36,278 nt of DNA, from positions 1-36,278 of IMG/VR virus record IMGVR_UViG_3300032233_001741, one strand, 5' to 3'. The translations under genes and the position numbers were made by a program. The notes beneath the pieces were generated by a model, which made no database searches, was not told the origin of the DNA, and saw only the letters and a program-made list of their open reading frames with translations. Below, piece by piece: positions 25,977 through 34,557 of the stretch (positions are counted from its first letter, which is position 1; each line of letters begins with the position of its first letter). The stretch comes from a virus. Its lineage: Duplodnaviria > Caudoviricetes.

Positions 25977-26733
25977 ATTTATAATTCGGCAACCAATTCA
26001 TATCAGCACATGTATATGATTGGTATTTGCCAACTAAATGATCTGGAAAGGGAATGGTATTGATTTTACCATTCTCTTTTTTTGTAACCAATTCTGCTAC
26101 CTCTTGAAATGATATTGGATTTGCTGTGCCAATATCATAGATACCACTTGGAGCATCGTTATTTAAAACGATATCCACTACATCATCGACACAAACAAAG
26201 TCACGAAGAAACTTATCAGATCCTTCGAAGAGATTCAGTTCTCCAGTTTCTCTGATTTGTTTTGCAAATTTACTGACTGGACTGGCTTGATCGCCTTTAT
26301 AATCTTCTCCATCTCCATAGACATTAAAGTATCTGAATCCTTGAATCAGTGGAAACTTATTAAGGTTATCTAATACGCAGTAATCTATTTGAAGTTTTGA
26401 GATTGCATACTGATTCAAAGGATTAATTTGCCCTTGAGTATTTCCATATACTGAAGCAGATGATGCATACTTAAATGGAATTTGATATTCCATTGCATAC
26501 TCTAAAAGAAACAATGTGAATGCAACATTGTTGTGGTATATGGTGCGAATATTTTTTTCGGTTGTAGATGAGATGGCACCTTGATGGAGGATGAGTTCTA
26601 CTTTATCCCACTCATCAAAGTCTCTAAGGAACCTATAGGCATCATCTTTTTCAATTAAAATCACATCTTTATCTTCTAATTTCTTTAAGAAATTTTGTCC
26701 GATAAATCCAGCGTGTCCTGTTAATACAATCAT
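25939..26733 (-). CDS. hldD: ADP-L-glycero-D-manno-heptose 6-epimerase-like NAD-dependent epimerase
   Basis: MIVLTGHAGFIG, HQGAISSTTE, YASSASVYG, PLNQYAISK (YxxxK), GFRYFNVYG, LFEGS..FLRDFVCVDD, GKYQSYTCAD. Confidence 0.88.
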   Translation of the reverse strand: MIVLTGHAGFIGQNFLKKLEDKDVILIEKDDAYRFLRDFDEWDKVELILHQGAISSTTEKNIRTIYHNNVAFTLFLLEYAMEYQIPFKYASSASVYGNTQGQINPLNQYAISKLQIDYCVLDNLNKFPLIQGFRYFNVYGDGEDYKGDQASPVSKFAKQIRETGELNLFEGSDKFLRDFVCVDDVVDIVLNNDAPSGIYDIGTANPISFQEVAELVTKKENGKINTIPFPDHLVGKYQSYTCADMNWLPNYKFKTVSDYLQEQP

Positions 26734-26741
26734 AGGGAATG

Positions 26742-26748
26742 ATAAATA
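26742..26748 (+). promoter_or_regulatory. T4-like late promoter in a 39-bp divergent intergenic region
   Basis: ATAAATA on +. A near-consensus TATAAATT on the minus strand (26754-26761) could drive hldD. Confidence 0.6.
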
Positions 26749-26772
26749 GTTAAAATTTATAATTATAGGTTC

Positions 26773-27855
26773 ATGGCATTTGGCCTGCTCGCTTCAACTA
26801 TACCGATTATAAACAAGGATACATCACTGTATACTTCTTCTTCTGGTACTTTGGTTGAAGGTAAAATTTCCATATCCCATAAAAATTATAATCCTGTCAA
26901 GGTTCGTGTTGCGATCTCCACGAATGGTGTAGATCAGGACTACTTACATTATAACAGGATTATCAATTATGGGGAAACTTTTGAAACTGACACTATTTAT
27001 TTTGGCAACGGACAAAGAATTCTTGTCAGATCAACTGATCCTGACACCAACTTTGTTTTGTATGGAGAGACTTCAACTGATTCTACAAACTCTGGATTTT
27101 TATCTTCAGTTCAAACTGCAGGTAAAACTGAGTTAACATTATATACTGCTCCTGTTGGATATAATGTTACTGCTACAGTTGTTGCATGTAATCTTAATTC
27201 TGTTCCTGCTGTAGCAAGACTTGGAATTACAACAAATTCTTTGGTTGGATTTACTACATCACAGTTTCTTGAGTATGATGCTTCCATAGAACCAGGGCAA
27301 ACTTACGTCAGAAAGGATCTTAAATTATCCCCAGGTCAGACATTAGTTTGTTCCTCAAGTGATTATTCTTATGTGAACTATGTTGTTTATGGAGTTAAAA
27401 CTTCATCCACAACTGTAGCAGTAGATGCAACTTTTGCAACATTAACTGCCAACAAATTGGTAGTTCAAAATGGTGGGGTTGTTACTGGAGTCCTTACTGC
27501 AACATCATTTAATGGATCTATTAATGCTTCTAATCTGACGGGGCGCATTCCAGACTCAGTAACTGGTTCAAGTATTATATCACAATCTAAAGGATTGGTG
27601 GTTGGGGCAGCAAATACAATTAACTTTAATAGTAATTTAAACGTCGTTAATACCAATAGAGTTGCAACAGTAAACTTGGATCAAAATATTAATATTACAT
27701 CAGCAACATTATCTGGTGCATTGAGCGTTGGGTCCACAATCAATGCACTAAATAATAAAGTTATTAACGTAGGGACCGCAACTTCAAATAGTGATGCGGC
27801 AAACAAGTTGTATGTGGATACGAGATCTATTGTGATGTCAATTTCACTATCTTAA
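26773..27855 (+). CDS. Virion structural protein: two tandem small beta-sandwich domains plus a short fibre segment
   Basis: Two copies of the 16752-like domain (GLLAS...SLYT / GFLSS...TLYT), then GVVTGVLTATSFNG and DAANKLYVD fibre motifs. Confidence 0.78.
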   Translation: MAFGLLASTIPIINKDTSLYTSSSGTLVEGKISISHKNYNPVKVRVAISTNGVDQDYLHYNRIINYGETFETDTIYFGNGQRILVRSTDPDTNFVLYGETSTDSTNSGFLSSVQTAGKTELTLYTAPVGYNVTATVVACNLNSVPAVARLGITTNSLVGFTTSQFLEYDASIEPGQTYVRKDLKLSPGQTLVCSSSDYSYVNYVVYGVKTSSTTVAVDATFATLTANKLVVQNGGVVTGVLTATSFNGSINASNLTGRIPDSVTGSSIISQSKGLVVGAANTINFNSNLNVVNTNRVATVNLDQNINITSATLSGALSVGSTINALNNKVINVGTATSNSDAANKLYVDTRSIVMSISLS

Positions 27856-27880
27856 TAGCAAACTTAGGAGATAATTATCA

Positions 27881-30800
27881 ATGGCTAAAAGACAGATTAG
27901 AGATTATGTTTTTACTCCTGGTATTGCTGGGGTAGGTAATATTAAAATCCTGGATAAAATCCAGTTAAATCAGATTTTAATTATTACAAATACTACAGAT
28001 AATAGAGTTCTGTATAATTTTGCGGATCCAACGAATAAAATCCTAGTTGAATTTAGTGCTAGTTTTGATTCTTCGTTCCCATATGCAACATCGGCATCAA
28101 ATGGCGTAACCACCATACATTTTCAGTTTGATACCTCAGACCAAAGTTCGACGGATTCAATTTCAATTTTTATTGAGGTAGAAGAAACACAATTCAGGCC
28201 ATATGATTTTGGTACTGACGCTATCGAAAGAATGAGGGTTGCAACTCCGCAATCCATGATTGACGCCGACTTTGAGTATGGAATTCAACCAACCAAATGG
28301 CAAACTATTGATTTAATCCGTGGATATCCAAGTATCTATGAGATTGCTGGATCTGATGTTACTGTTTCGGCAGTTGTCACTGATGCAAGTTTCCCTGCTG
28401 GCGGAATTGGCGCATCTCTAATTAGTGTTACCACTACAGAAACTCACGGTCTTTCTCCTGGAAGTCCATTTAGAATCGTTGGTCTTGCAGAAAGTATAAG
28501 GGGATCTTCAAGAGCAGAAGGATCTTTTATTGTAGAGACTGTTATTTCCTCAACCACATTTACCTATTTTGCCAAGGGTAAGGTGGGTGTAAATCAGGGC
28601 GATTCTTTGGTTGCTACATACACTCAACTAAGAAAGGGTGGTTTCTACACTGGAGCTTCAATTGGATCTCCAACATATAGCGTTCAGTCTAATGGTAATA
28701 CTGGAACATTTACAACTAAATTAATTACTCAAACTGGATCAACAAGAATTGCATATACTGGAGTTAATAATTCGATTGTAGGTTCTCCTTTAACTGCATC
28801 TGGTCTTCTTAGTGGAACTCAAGTAACTGGTATTACATCAACATCTGCTACAACGGTTTTCGCACAAAACGTTGCTCCACCAACTAACTTGATTCAAGTT
28901 GCCAGCAATTCTGGAATTAGTGTTGGTAATGCCATCGACGATGGATCTGGAAAATCAACATTCGTTACTAACATTGATGGGAATACTCTTACCCTATCAT
29001 CTCCATATACTGCAGTTGCTGTTGGTAACTCCACCAACGTTGGCATCATAACAGCCTCCAGTGTTAATTTTGGAAATGGCGCCGATGCTATCTTCAATGT
29101 TGACAGATATAATGGAAGATATACTCCAACGGTTGTGAATACTGGATATGGATATACAACTGGCGATAGAGTTGTTGCTCTTGGTTCTTCATTAGGTGGT
29201 ACATCCCCAACAAATAATCTTATTATTTACGTTAGAGGTGTTGATGCTGGTGGCGGAATTACAACGTTTACTACATCAAAATATTTTGCTCCGGTAAATG
29301 AAGCTGCACTATCTCAAACACAATATAAGTTTGGAAATGCTTCTCTTCTTCTGAATCCAACTTCTGGTGGTATTGATTATGTCACCTGTGCTTCTAATTT
29401 AGACTTTGCGATTGGAACACAAGACTTTACAATTGAATTTTGGATTTATAGAAACCGAAATGGTGTTGCAGAAACCATTTTTGACATGAGAAATGTATTG
29501 ACAGAATTCTCTCCTTGTTTGAAGATCAGTACTAATAATACACTTGTCCTTCACTTAAACGGTGTTGATGTTAAGGAAAGTGCAAATACTATTACTGCAG
29601 GGTCTTGGAACCATGTTGCACTATCAAGAACATCTGGAGTAACAAAACTATATCTTAATGGTACTCAGGAGAGTACTAATTATGCAGACTCAAATAATTA
29701 TCCTCAGAGAGCAATTAGAATTGGTTCTGCATATGATACTACCAATGGAACTTATGCATACATTGATGATTTCAGATTTACTGTAGGATTATCCAGATAT
29801 ACATCTTCAACATATGCAATACCTTCAGCACACGTAACAGATATTTACACTAAAGCTTTAGTACCATTTAATGGCAATAGTGGAGATGTAGATTTCCCAG
29901 ACAATGCTTATGGAACTGCTGTATCAAGTTCTTCGGCATATTACAATACAAGTGGTATTTCAACTAGTGTTGGTTTTGGCGCAGTTTTTGATATTGTTAG
30001 AGTTGGTGGTGCCACAACATCCTATACTGTAAACTTTATTGCGGGGCAAGCATCAACTGGAAGTTCATATAGTATTTCTGATGTTATTACAATTGATGGA
30101 TCTATACTTAATGGATCTTCTGGTACTAATGATATTGTTATTACAGTAACTTCTGTCGATGTTGTTGGTGGAATTACTGGTTTTAGTCATACTGGAACTG
30201 CTGTAAGTGGAAATGTATTCTATGCAAATCGTCGTGTAACAAATTCTGGATCTGGCGCAACATTCTCTATCTCTAAAGAGGGTGGAGTCTACACTGCTAC
30301 ACCAGTTAATGCTGGATCTGGATATTATCCCGGATATCAATTACGTGCTTTAGGAACCATATTGGGTGGAGTGACAACAGGGAATGACTTGACAATGACC
30401 GTGACTGGAATTAATTTGTCAGGAACTCCTGGTGCAATTTCTTCTGTGTCTTCATCAGGAACACCTGTTGGAGGAACTGCAGCAGTATTTTATCCAACAG
30501 TCAGTATTTCAGAAACAACAACGGGTCAGATTGCAGATGCTACATCAGTATCATTTAGTTCTTTGGCAAGAATTTTGGTACAATTTGGTAGCAATCATGG
30601 ACTTGTTCCTGGTGACACTGTTCTTTCTGCTATCACCAGTGTTGGTTCGGGACATAGTTTAGCATCGGGTCCATTTATTGTTGATAACGTACCCAATTCA
30701 AATCAGATTGTTTATAGTGCTAAATCAACAGGAGCAATTACATCAGCTGGACTTGCTGGAACAGTCTATCCAAGACCAGATTGCTTCTACGTTCATAGAC

Positions 30801-32902
30801 CATTTGATGGTGGAGTTCAGTTAGGAACTGGTGGACCAGCACATGGAGCACATGCTATTCGTCAATCGAAGAAGTATATCCGTTATCAATCTGGTAAAGG
30901 TATCATGTATACCACTGGATGCCTGTTTGCTCCAAGTTATGATCTAAGAAATGTAACTTCTTCTGGAATTTCAACTGGCAGTGTTATTACTTGTGTCACA
31001 GATGATACCGAGCATGGTTTACAGGTAGGTGCTGAAGTGCAATTGAGTGGTCTTGAAACTTCTGGATATACTGGAACTTACACTGTCAATAGTATTGTCG
31101 ATGAGAATACGTTTACAGTATTGTCAAGAGGTGTTCTTGGATCTACTACACCAACATTAGGAAGACCTCCTCAAGTATCTTTATACAAATGGAAAGGTGC
31201 TACTGTAAGAGCAGGTGCATTTGACGATCAAAATGGTATCTTCTGGCAGTATGATGGAATCAATCTTGCGGTGGGATTAAGATCCGCAACATTCCAATTG
31301 GCAGGAACAATTAGTGCAGACCCTGATTCCAACTCAATTACTGGTACGAATACAAGATTCTTAGATCAGTTAACTGCTGGAGATAGAATTGTTATTCGAG
31401 GTATGACTCACATTGTAACTGCAGTTGCAAACAATACTTCAATGGCAGTAACTCCTGATTATAGAGGAGTATCATCAATCACTGGTGCAAGAGCATCTTT
31501 AGTACAGGATATTATTATCCCACAAGATCAGTGGAACCTTGATCGTGCAGATGGAACTGGTACAAGTGGATATGACATTCAAATTAATAAGATGCAGATG
31601 ATTGGATTCCAGTACACTTGGTATGGTGCTGGATTTATTGACTGGATGCTTCGCGGTCCTAATGGAAATTATCTATTCGTTCATAGACTGAAGAATAATA
31701 ATAAGAATACTGAAGCATACATGAGATCTGGTAACCTTCCAGTGCGTTATGAAGTTATCAATGAGGGTCCAAAATCTAAACTTTCTGCAGAGATTAGTTC
31801 TTCTCAGACTACAATTCCACTTGTAGATGCAAGTCTATATCCAACATCGGGTACAATTTATCTCGATAACGAATTGATTACATATACAAATAAAAGTGGA
31901 AACACTTTAACAGGTGCGACAAGAGCATCAACCTTTGCTAATTATTCTGGAGGATCGCAAAGAACATATTCTGCTGGTCCTCAGGCAGGACATCAACAAA
32001 CAACAGGAGCAGTGTTTGTAAGCAATACTGCAACTCCTGTAATCAGTCACTGGGGTTCTGCATTCCTTACTGATGGTTTATTTGATACTGACCGTGGATA
32101 CATCTTTAACTATCAGCAGGTTGGTAACACGATTACTACCACAAAATCGACATTGTTTATGATTCGTCTTTCTCCAAGTGTTTCTAATGCTATTGTTGGA
32201 GATTTGGGACAAAGAGAATTGATTAACCGAGCACAATTGCTTCTAAAATCTCTTGAATTTACTCCAACGGGTGGTGCCACATCGCAGGCAGTTATTATTG
32301 AAGGTGTGTTGAATCCATCCAACTATCCAACAAATCCATCAACAGTTAATTGGTTTGGTCTGAGTTCTCAGGGTGCAGGAGGTCAACCATCATTCGCACA
32401 AATTGCTAACGCATCTAACATTACCTGGGCTGGTGGTGCAGCATCCTTTACTGCATCAACTACAGTAACTCAAAACTACTTTACTCAGTATCAAATTTTC
32501 TCTAAAACTGACACAGCAAACGCCCGTATTGGTTACTTTGTTTCTGGTACTGGAGTCCCTGGTGGTACGCGAGTTATTAACATCTTCCAATACGATGTAA
32601 ATAACAATTACATTCAGTTCTCAAACTCTGTTAACTCAGGATCTGCAGGTTCAATTACTTATACCTTTACTGCAAACACTCTGTCTGCTGCACCTGGAGA
32701 AACTGTTTTCTCCTTCGTTGGTACTGCGGTAGATAAGGCAAACATTGAACTTAATGAATTGAAAGAACTGAATAATACTCCGATTGGTGGTAGAGGTACA
32801 TTCCCGAATGGACCTGACGTTCTTGCAGTTAATGCTTATCTTACAACAGGTTCAAATATTACAGGTAACTTTGTTCTTCGTTGGGCGGAAGCACAGGCAT
32901 AA
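27881..32902 (+). CDS. Very large virion structural protein (1673 aa) with a LamG/ConA-like lectin domain
   Basis: FTIEFWIY...WNHVALSRTSGVTKLYLNG...YIDDFRFT (LamG-like), several HGL..G..V domains and GxGY..GD repeats; AGGAG SD. Confidence 0.85.
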   Translation: MAKRQIRDYVFTPGIAGVGNIKILDKIQLNQILIITNTTDNRVLYNFADPTNKILVEFSASFDSSFPYATSASNGVTTIHFQFDTSDQSSTDSISIFIEVEETQFRPYDFGTDAIERMRVATPQSMIDADFEYGIQPTKWQTIDLIRGYPSIYEIAGSDVTVSAVVTDASFPAGGIGASLISVTTTETHGLSPGSPFRIVGLAESIRGSSRAEGSFIVETVISSTTFTYFAKGKVGVNQGDSLVATYTQLRKGGFYTGASIGSPTYSVQSNGNTGTFTTKLITQTGSTRIAYTGVNNSIVGSPLTASGLLSGTQVTGITSTSATTVFAQNVAPPTNLIQVASNSGISVGNAIDDGSGKSTFVTNIDGNTLTLSSPYTAVAVGNSTNVGIITASSVNFGNGADAIFNVDRYNGRYTPTVVNTGYGYTTGDRVVALGSSLGGTSPTNNLIIYVRGVDAGGGITTFTTSKYFAPVNEAALSQTQYKFGNASLLLNPTSGGIDYVTCASNLDFAIGTQDFTIEFWIYRNRNGVAETIFDMRNVLTEFSPCLKISTNNTLVLHLNGVDVKESANTITAGSWNHVALSRTSGVTKLYLNGTQESTNYADSNNYPQRAIRIGSAYDTTNGTYAYIDDFRFTVGLSRYTSSTYAIPSAHVTDIYTKALVPFNGNSGDVDFPDNAYGTAVSSSSAYYNTSGISTSVGFGAVFDIVRVGGATTSYTVNFIAGQASTGSSYSISDVITIDGSILNGSSGTNDIVITVTSVDVVGGITGFSHTGTAVSGNVFYANRRVTNSGSGATFSISKEGGVYTATPVNAGSGYYPGYQLRALGTILGGVTTGNDLTMTVTGINLSGTPGAISSVSSSGTPVGGTAAVFYPTVSISETTTGQIADATSVSFSSLARILVQFGSNHGLVPGDTVLSAITSVGSGHSLASGPFIVDNVPNSNQIVYSAKSTGAITSAGLAGTVYPRPDCFYVHRPFDGGVQLGTGGPAHGAHAIRQSKKYIRYQSGKGIMYTTGCLFAPSYDLRNVTSSGISTGSVITCVTDDTEHGLQVGAEVQLSGLETSGYTGTYTVNSIVDENTFTVLSRGVLGSTTPTLGRPPQVSLYKWKGATVRAGAFDDQNGIFWQYDGINLAVGLRSATFQLAGTISADPDSNSITGTNTRFLDQLTAGDRIVIRGMTHIVTAVANNTSMAVTPDYRGVSSITGARASLVQDIIIPQDQWNLDRADGTGTSGYDIQINKMQMIGFQYTWYGAGFIDWMLRGPNGNYLFVHRLKNNNKNTEAYMRSGNLPVRYEVINEGPKSKLSAEISSSQTTIPLVDASLYPTSGTIYLDNELITYTNKSGNTLTGATRASTFANYSGGSQRTYSAGPQAGHQQTTGAVFVSNTATPVISHWGSAFLTDGLFDTDRGYIFNYQQVGNTITTTKSTLFMIRLSPSVSNAIVGDLGQRELINRAQLLLKSLEFTPTGGATSQAVIIEGVLNPSNYPTNPSTVNWFGLSSQGAGGQPSFAQIANASNITWAGGAASFTASTTVTQNYFTQYQIFSKTDTANARIGYFVSGTGVPGGTRVINIFQYDVNNNYIQFSNSVNSGSAGSITYTFTANTLSAAPGETVFSFVGTAVDKANIELNELKELNNTPIGGRGTFPNGPDVLAVNAYLTTGSNITGNFVLRWAEAQA

Positions 32903-32906
32903 TATT

Positions 32907-32945
32907 TGACGTACTGTGTTAGAATAAATATCTTCCAGTACGTCA
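32907..32945 (+). promoter_or_regulatory. Perfect 10-bp inverted repeat enclosing a late promoter upstream of glutaredoxin
   Basis: TGACGTACTG (32907-32916) and CAGTACGTCA (32936-32945), with ATAAATA at 32924-32930 in the loop. TTGACG-N17-TATCTT is also present (32906-32934). Confidence 0.65.
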
Positions 32946-32954
32946 CTTATTGAA

Positions 32955-33194
32955 ATGAGATTTACCGTTTACTCTAAGAATGGATGCCCTTATTGCACCA
33001 AGATCGAACAGGTGTTACAGTTAGCGAACCTAGAACACCAAGTTTATAAACTCGATGAGGACTTCAACCGATTCGAGTTCTATAATGCATTTGGTGATGG
33101 TTCTACATTCCCTCAGGTTGTTCTAAACGATCAGGAGAATCTGGGTGGATGTAGTGATACTGTTAAATACCTGCAAGAACAAAATCTGGTTTGA
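32955..33194 (+). CDS. Glutaredoxin
   Basis: VYSKNGCPYC active site, TFPQV cis-Pro motif, LGGCSD. Confidence 0.95.
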   Translation: MRFTVYSKNGCPYCTKIEQVLQLANLEHQVYKLDEDFNRFEFYNAFGDGSTFPQVVLNDQENLGGCSDTVKYLQEQNLV

Positions 33195-33553
33195 TGGAAA
33201 ACAATTTTCACGAAGTTTATTTTGACGTTAAAAAAGCAATCGACTTTGCCTTTGAGGGAAAGTTTATATTAAAATTTTATGATTATTTAAAAATCAAAGG
33301 TGTCCTAAAGAAGCAAATAGAAGAATTCATTGAGAGTAATACTGCCAGTGAACTCAGTAATTTGGTTATGGATCTAGATGAATATCTAGAAGGCGGTTCC
33401 GATGAAGATCATAAACAACTTCGTGAAGGATACGGGCATATTCCAAAACCACAAGCAAGAAAAATAAGAAATTACCTTTACAGTATTCTAGAGGATGCTT
33501 GGAGATATAATCATGATAGAAGACCAGGAAGAAAAAAGAAAACTAGAGTCTGA
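33191..33553 (+). CDS. Hypothetical protein
   Basis: About 120-aa ORF coupled to the glutaredoxin stop (probable ATG at 33194); QLREGYGHIPKPQARKIRNYL motif typical of cyanomyovirus conserved genes. Confidence 0.8.
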   Translation: MMENNFHEVYFDVKKAIDFAFEGKFILKFYDYLKIKGVLKKQIEEFIESNTASELSNLVMDLDEYLEGGSDEDHKQLREGYGHIPKPQARKIRNYLYSILEDAWRYNHDRRPGRKKKTRV

Positions 33554-33740
33554 ATACAATATTAATCGTGGATTTGAATTGATGTTGAGAAGGGCATCGA
33601 GGAAAAAAGTATCACAAAAAAATCAAAAGAAATTTCAAATTAAATTTGCAAAAACTTTTTCCCTTTTTGGACTAGAGGTTTCTTTTGACTTTGATTTTTC
33701 TTTTGATTTTAAAAAGTATTCAAATCGAATAAAAAAGTAG
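33513..33740 (+). CDS. Small basic hypothetical protein
   Basis: INRGFELMLR...FQIKFAKTFSLFGLEVSFDFDFSFDFKK. First ATG at 33513, start uncertain; the 3' end overlaps the convergent reductase gene. Confidence 0.55.
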   Translation: MIEDQEEKRKLESEYNINRGFELMLRRASRKKVSQKNQKKFQIKFAKTFSLFGLEVSFDFDFSFDFKKYSNRIKK

Positions 33741-34362
33741 AAATATATTTTTCTGCAAATTCTCTATCAAAGTATGCCTTCAGAATCCCATAAGCTGGAT
33801 CTGTAACAGATAAGTGTGCGTCATATCCTTTATGAAATAGATATGACGATGATGTTTGTGGAGACTCTTCAAGACAAGTTTTAAATCTATTTAAATAGTC
33901 ACTAGCAATTTTTGAATAGTCTTCATAAAAATCGGTAGATCTTTTTTGTATCCACAATTTTTTTGAAAAATACTTATTCAGATCATATATCTTTGATGTA
34001 TCTCTATCTCTATCTGGCAAATCACTAAGATATTTTTTGATATAACTGTTTGCATATTCTTCATCCATCTTAAGAGGATGGAGATCAATAGCACCAAAGA
34101 ACTTTTTTCCGTTGATCTTTAAATATTCTGTTCCTAGAATGGGAGTTTCATAACAAAAATTTGGATAGATGACTAAAGTTTCTGCATAAAATTTATCCCC
34201 AATTTTTAATTCACATAATCTAATTTTTCTTATTTTTTTACTCTTCCAAATATATGATTTGATTGATGTAGTATCCCTAACAACCTCTTCATCTAACCAT
34301 ACTGGCAGTTTGAGTGGCTCTGCATCGGGAAATACTTCAAATATTTTATCTTTCAAATTCAT
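33709..34362 (-). CDS. Ferredoxin-dependent bilin reductase family protein (PebA/PebS-like, divergent)
   Basis: IRKIRL, LVIYPNFCYETPILG, GAIDLHPL, IYDLNKYFS, YDAHLSVTDPAYGILKAYF...KYISTFLF correspond to the FDBR motifs YP....P..G.D, DFQPL, D.NQYFS and YD......DPA.G...FLF. Confidence 0.8.
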   Translation of the reverse strand: MNLKDKIFEVFPDAEPLKLPVWLDEEVVRDTTSIKSYIWKSKKIRKIRLCELKIGDKFYAETLVIYPNFCYETPILGTEYLKINGKKFFGAIDLHPLKMDEEYANSYIKKYLSDLPDRDRDTSKIYDLNKYFSKKLWIQKRSTDFYEDYSKIASDYLNRFKTCLEESPQTSSSYLFHKGYDAHLSVTDPAYGILKAYFDREFAEKYISTFLFDLNTF

Positions 34363-34374
34363 AATTTTATATCA

Positions 34375-34415
34375 TTGACACTATTTATTTTATGTGATAA
34401 TATGACATCTAAATA
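34375..34415. promoter_or_regulatory. Overlapping divergent promoters
   Basis: On +: TTGACA (34375-34380)-N17-TAATAT (34398-34403) with TGn, and CTAAATA (34409-34415). On -: ATAAATA at 34382-34388, 19 nt upstream of the reductase ATG. Confidence 0.65.
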
Positions 34416-34557
34416 GATCAGATTCGTAAGAGTCTTTGATTTACTCACAATATACGGAGGAGAGAAAACGCCCCAAACGCCCAACGTTTGTTCGATGTTA
34501 TCTCTCTGTCATAGACGAGAGATCTTAGTATAAAAGTACTCTCGGGAGGAAAAAAAG

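Noticed and set aside
33709-34362. Assigning the symbol pebS, pcyA or pebA
   Set aside because: Family membership is clear, but the subfamily cannot be fixed by eye and the catalytic position is atypical.
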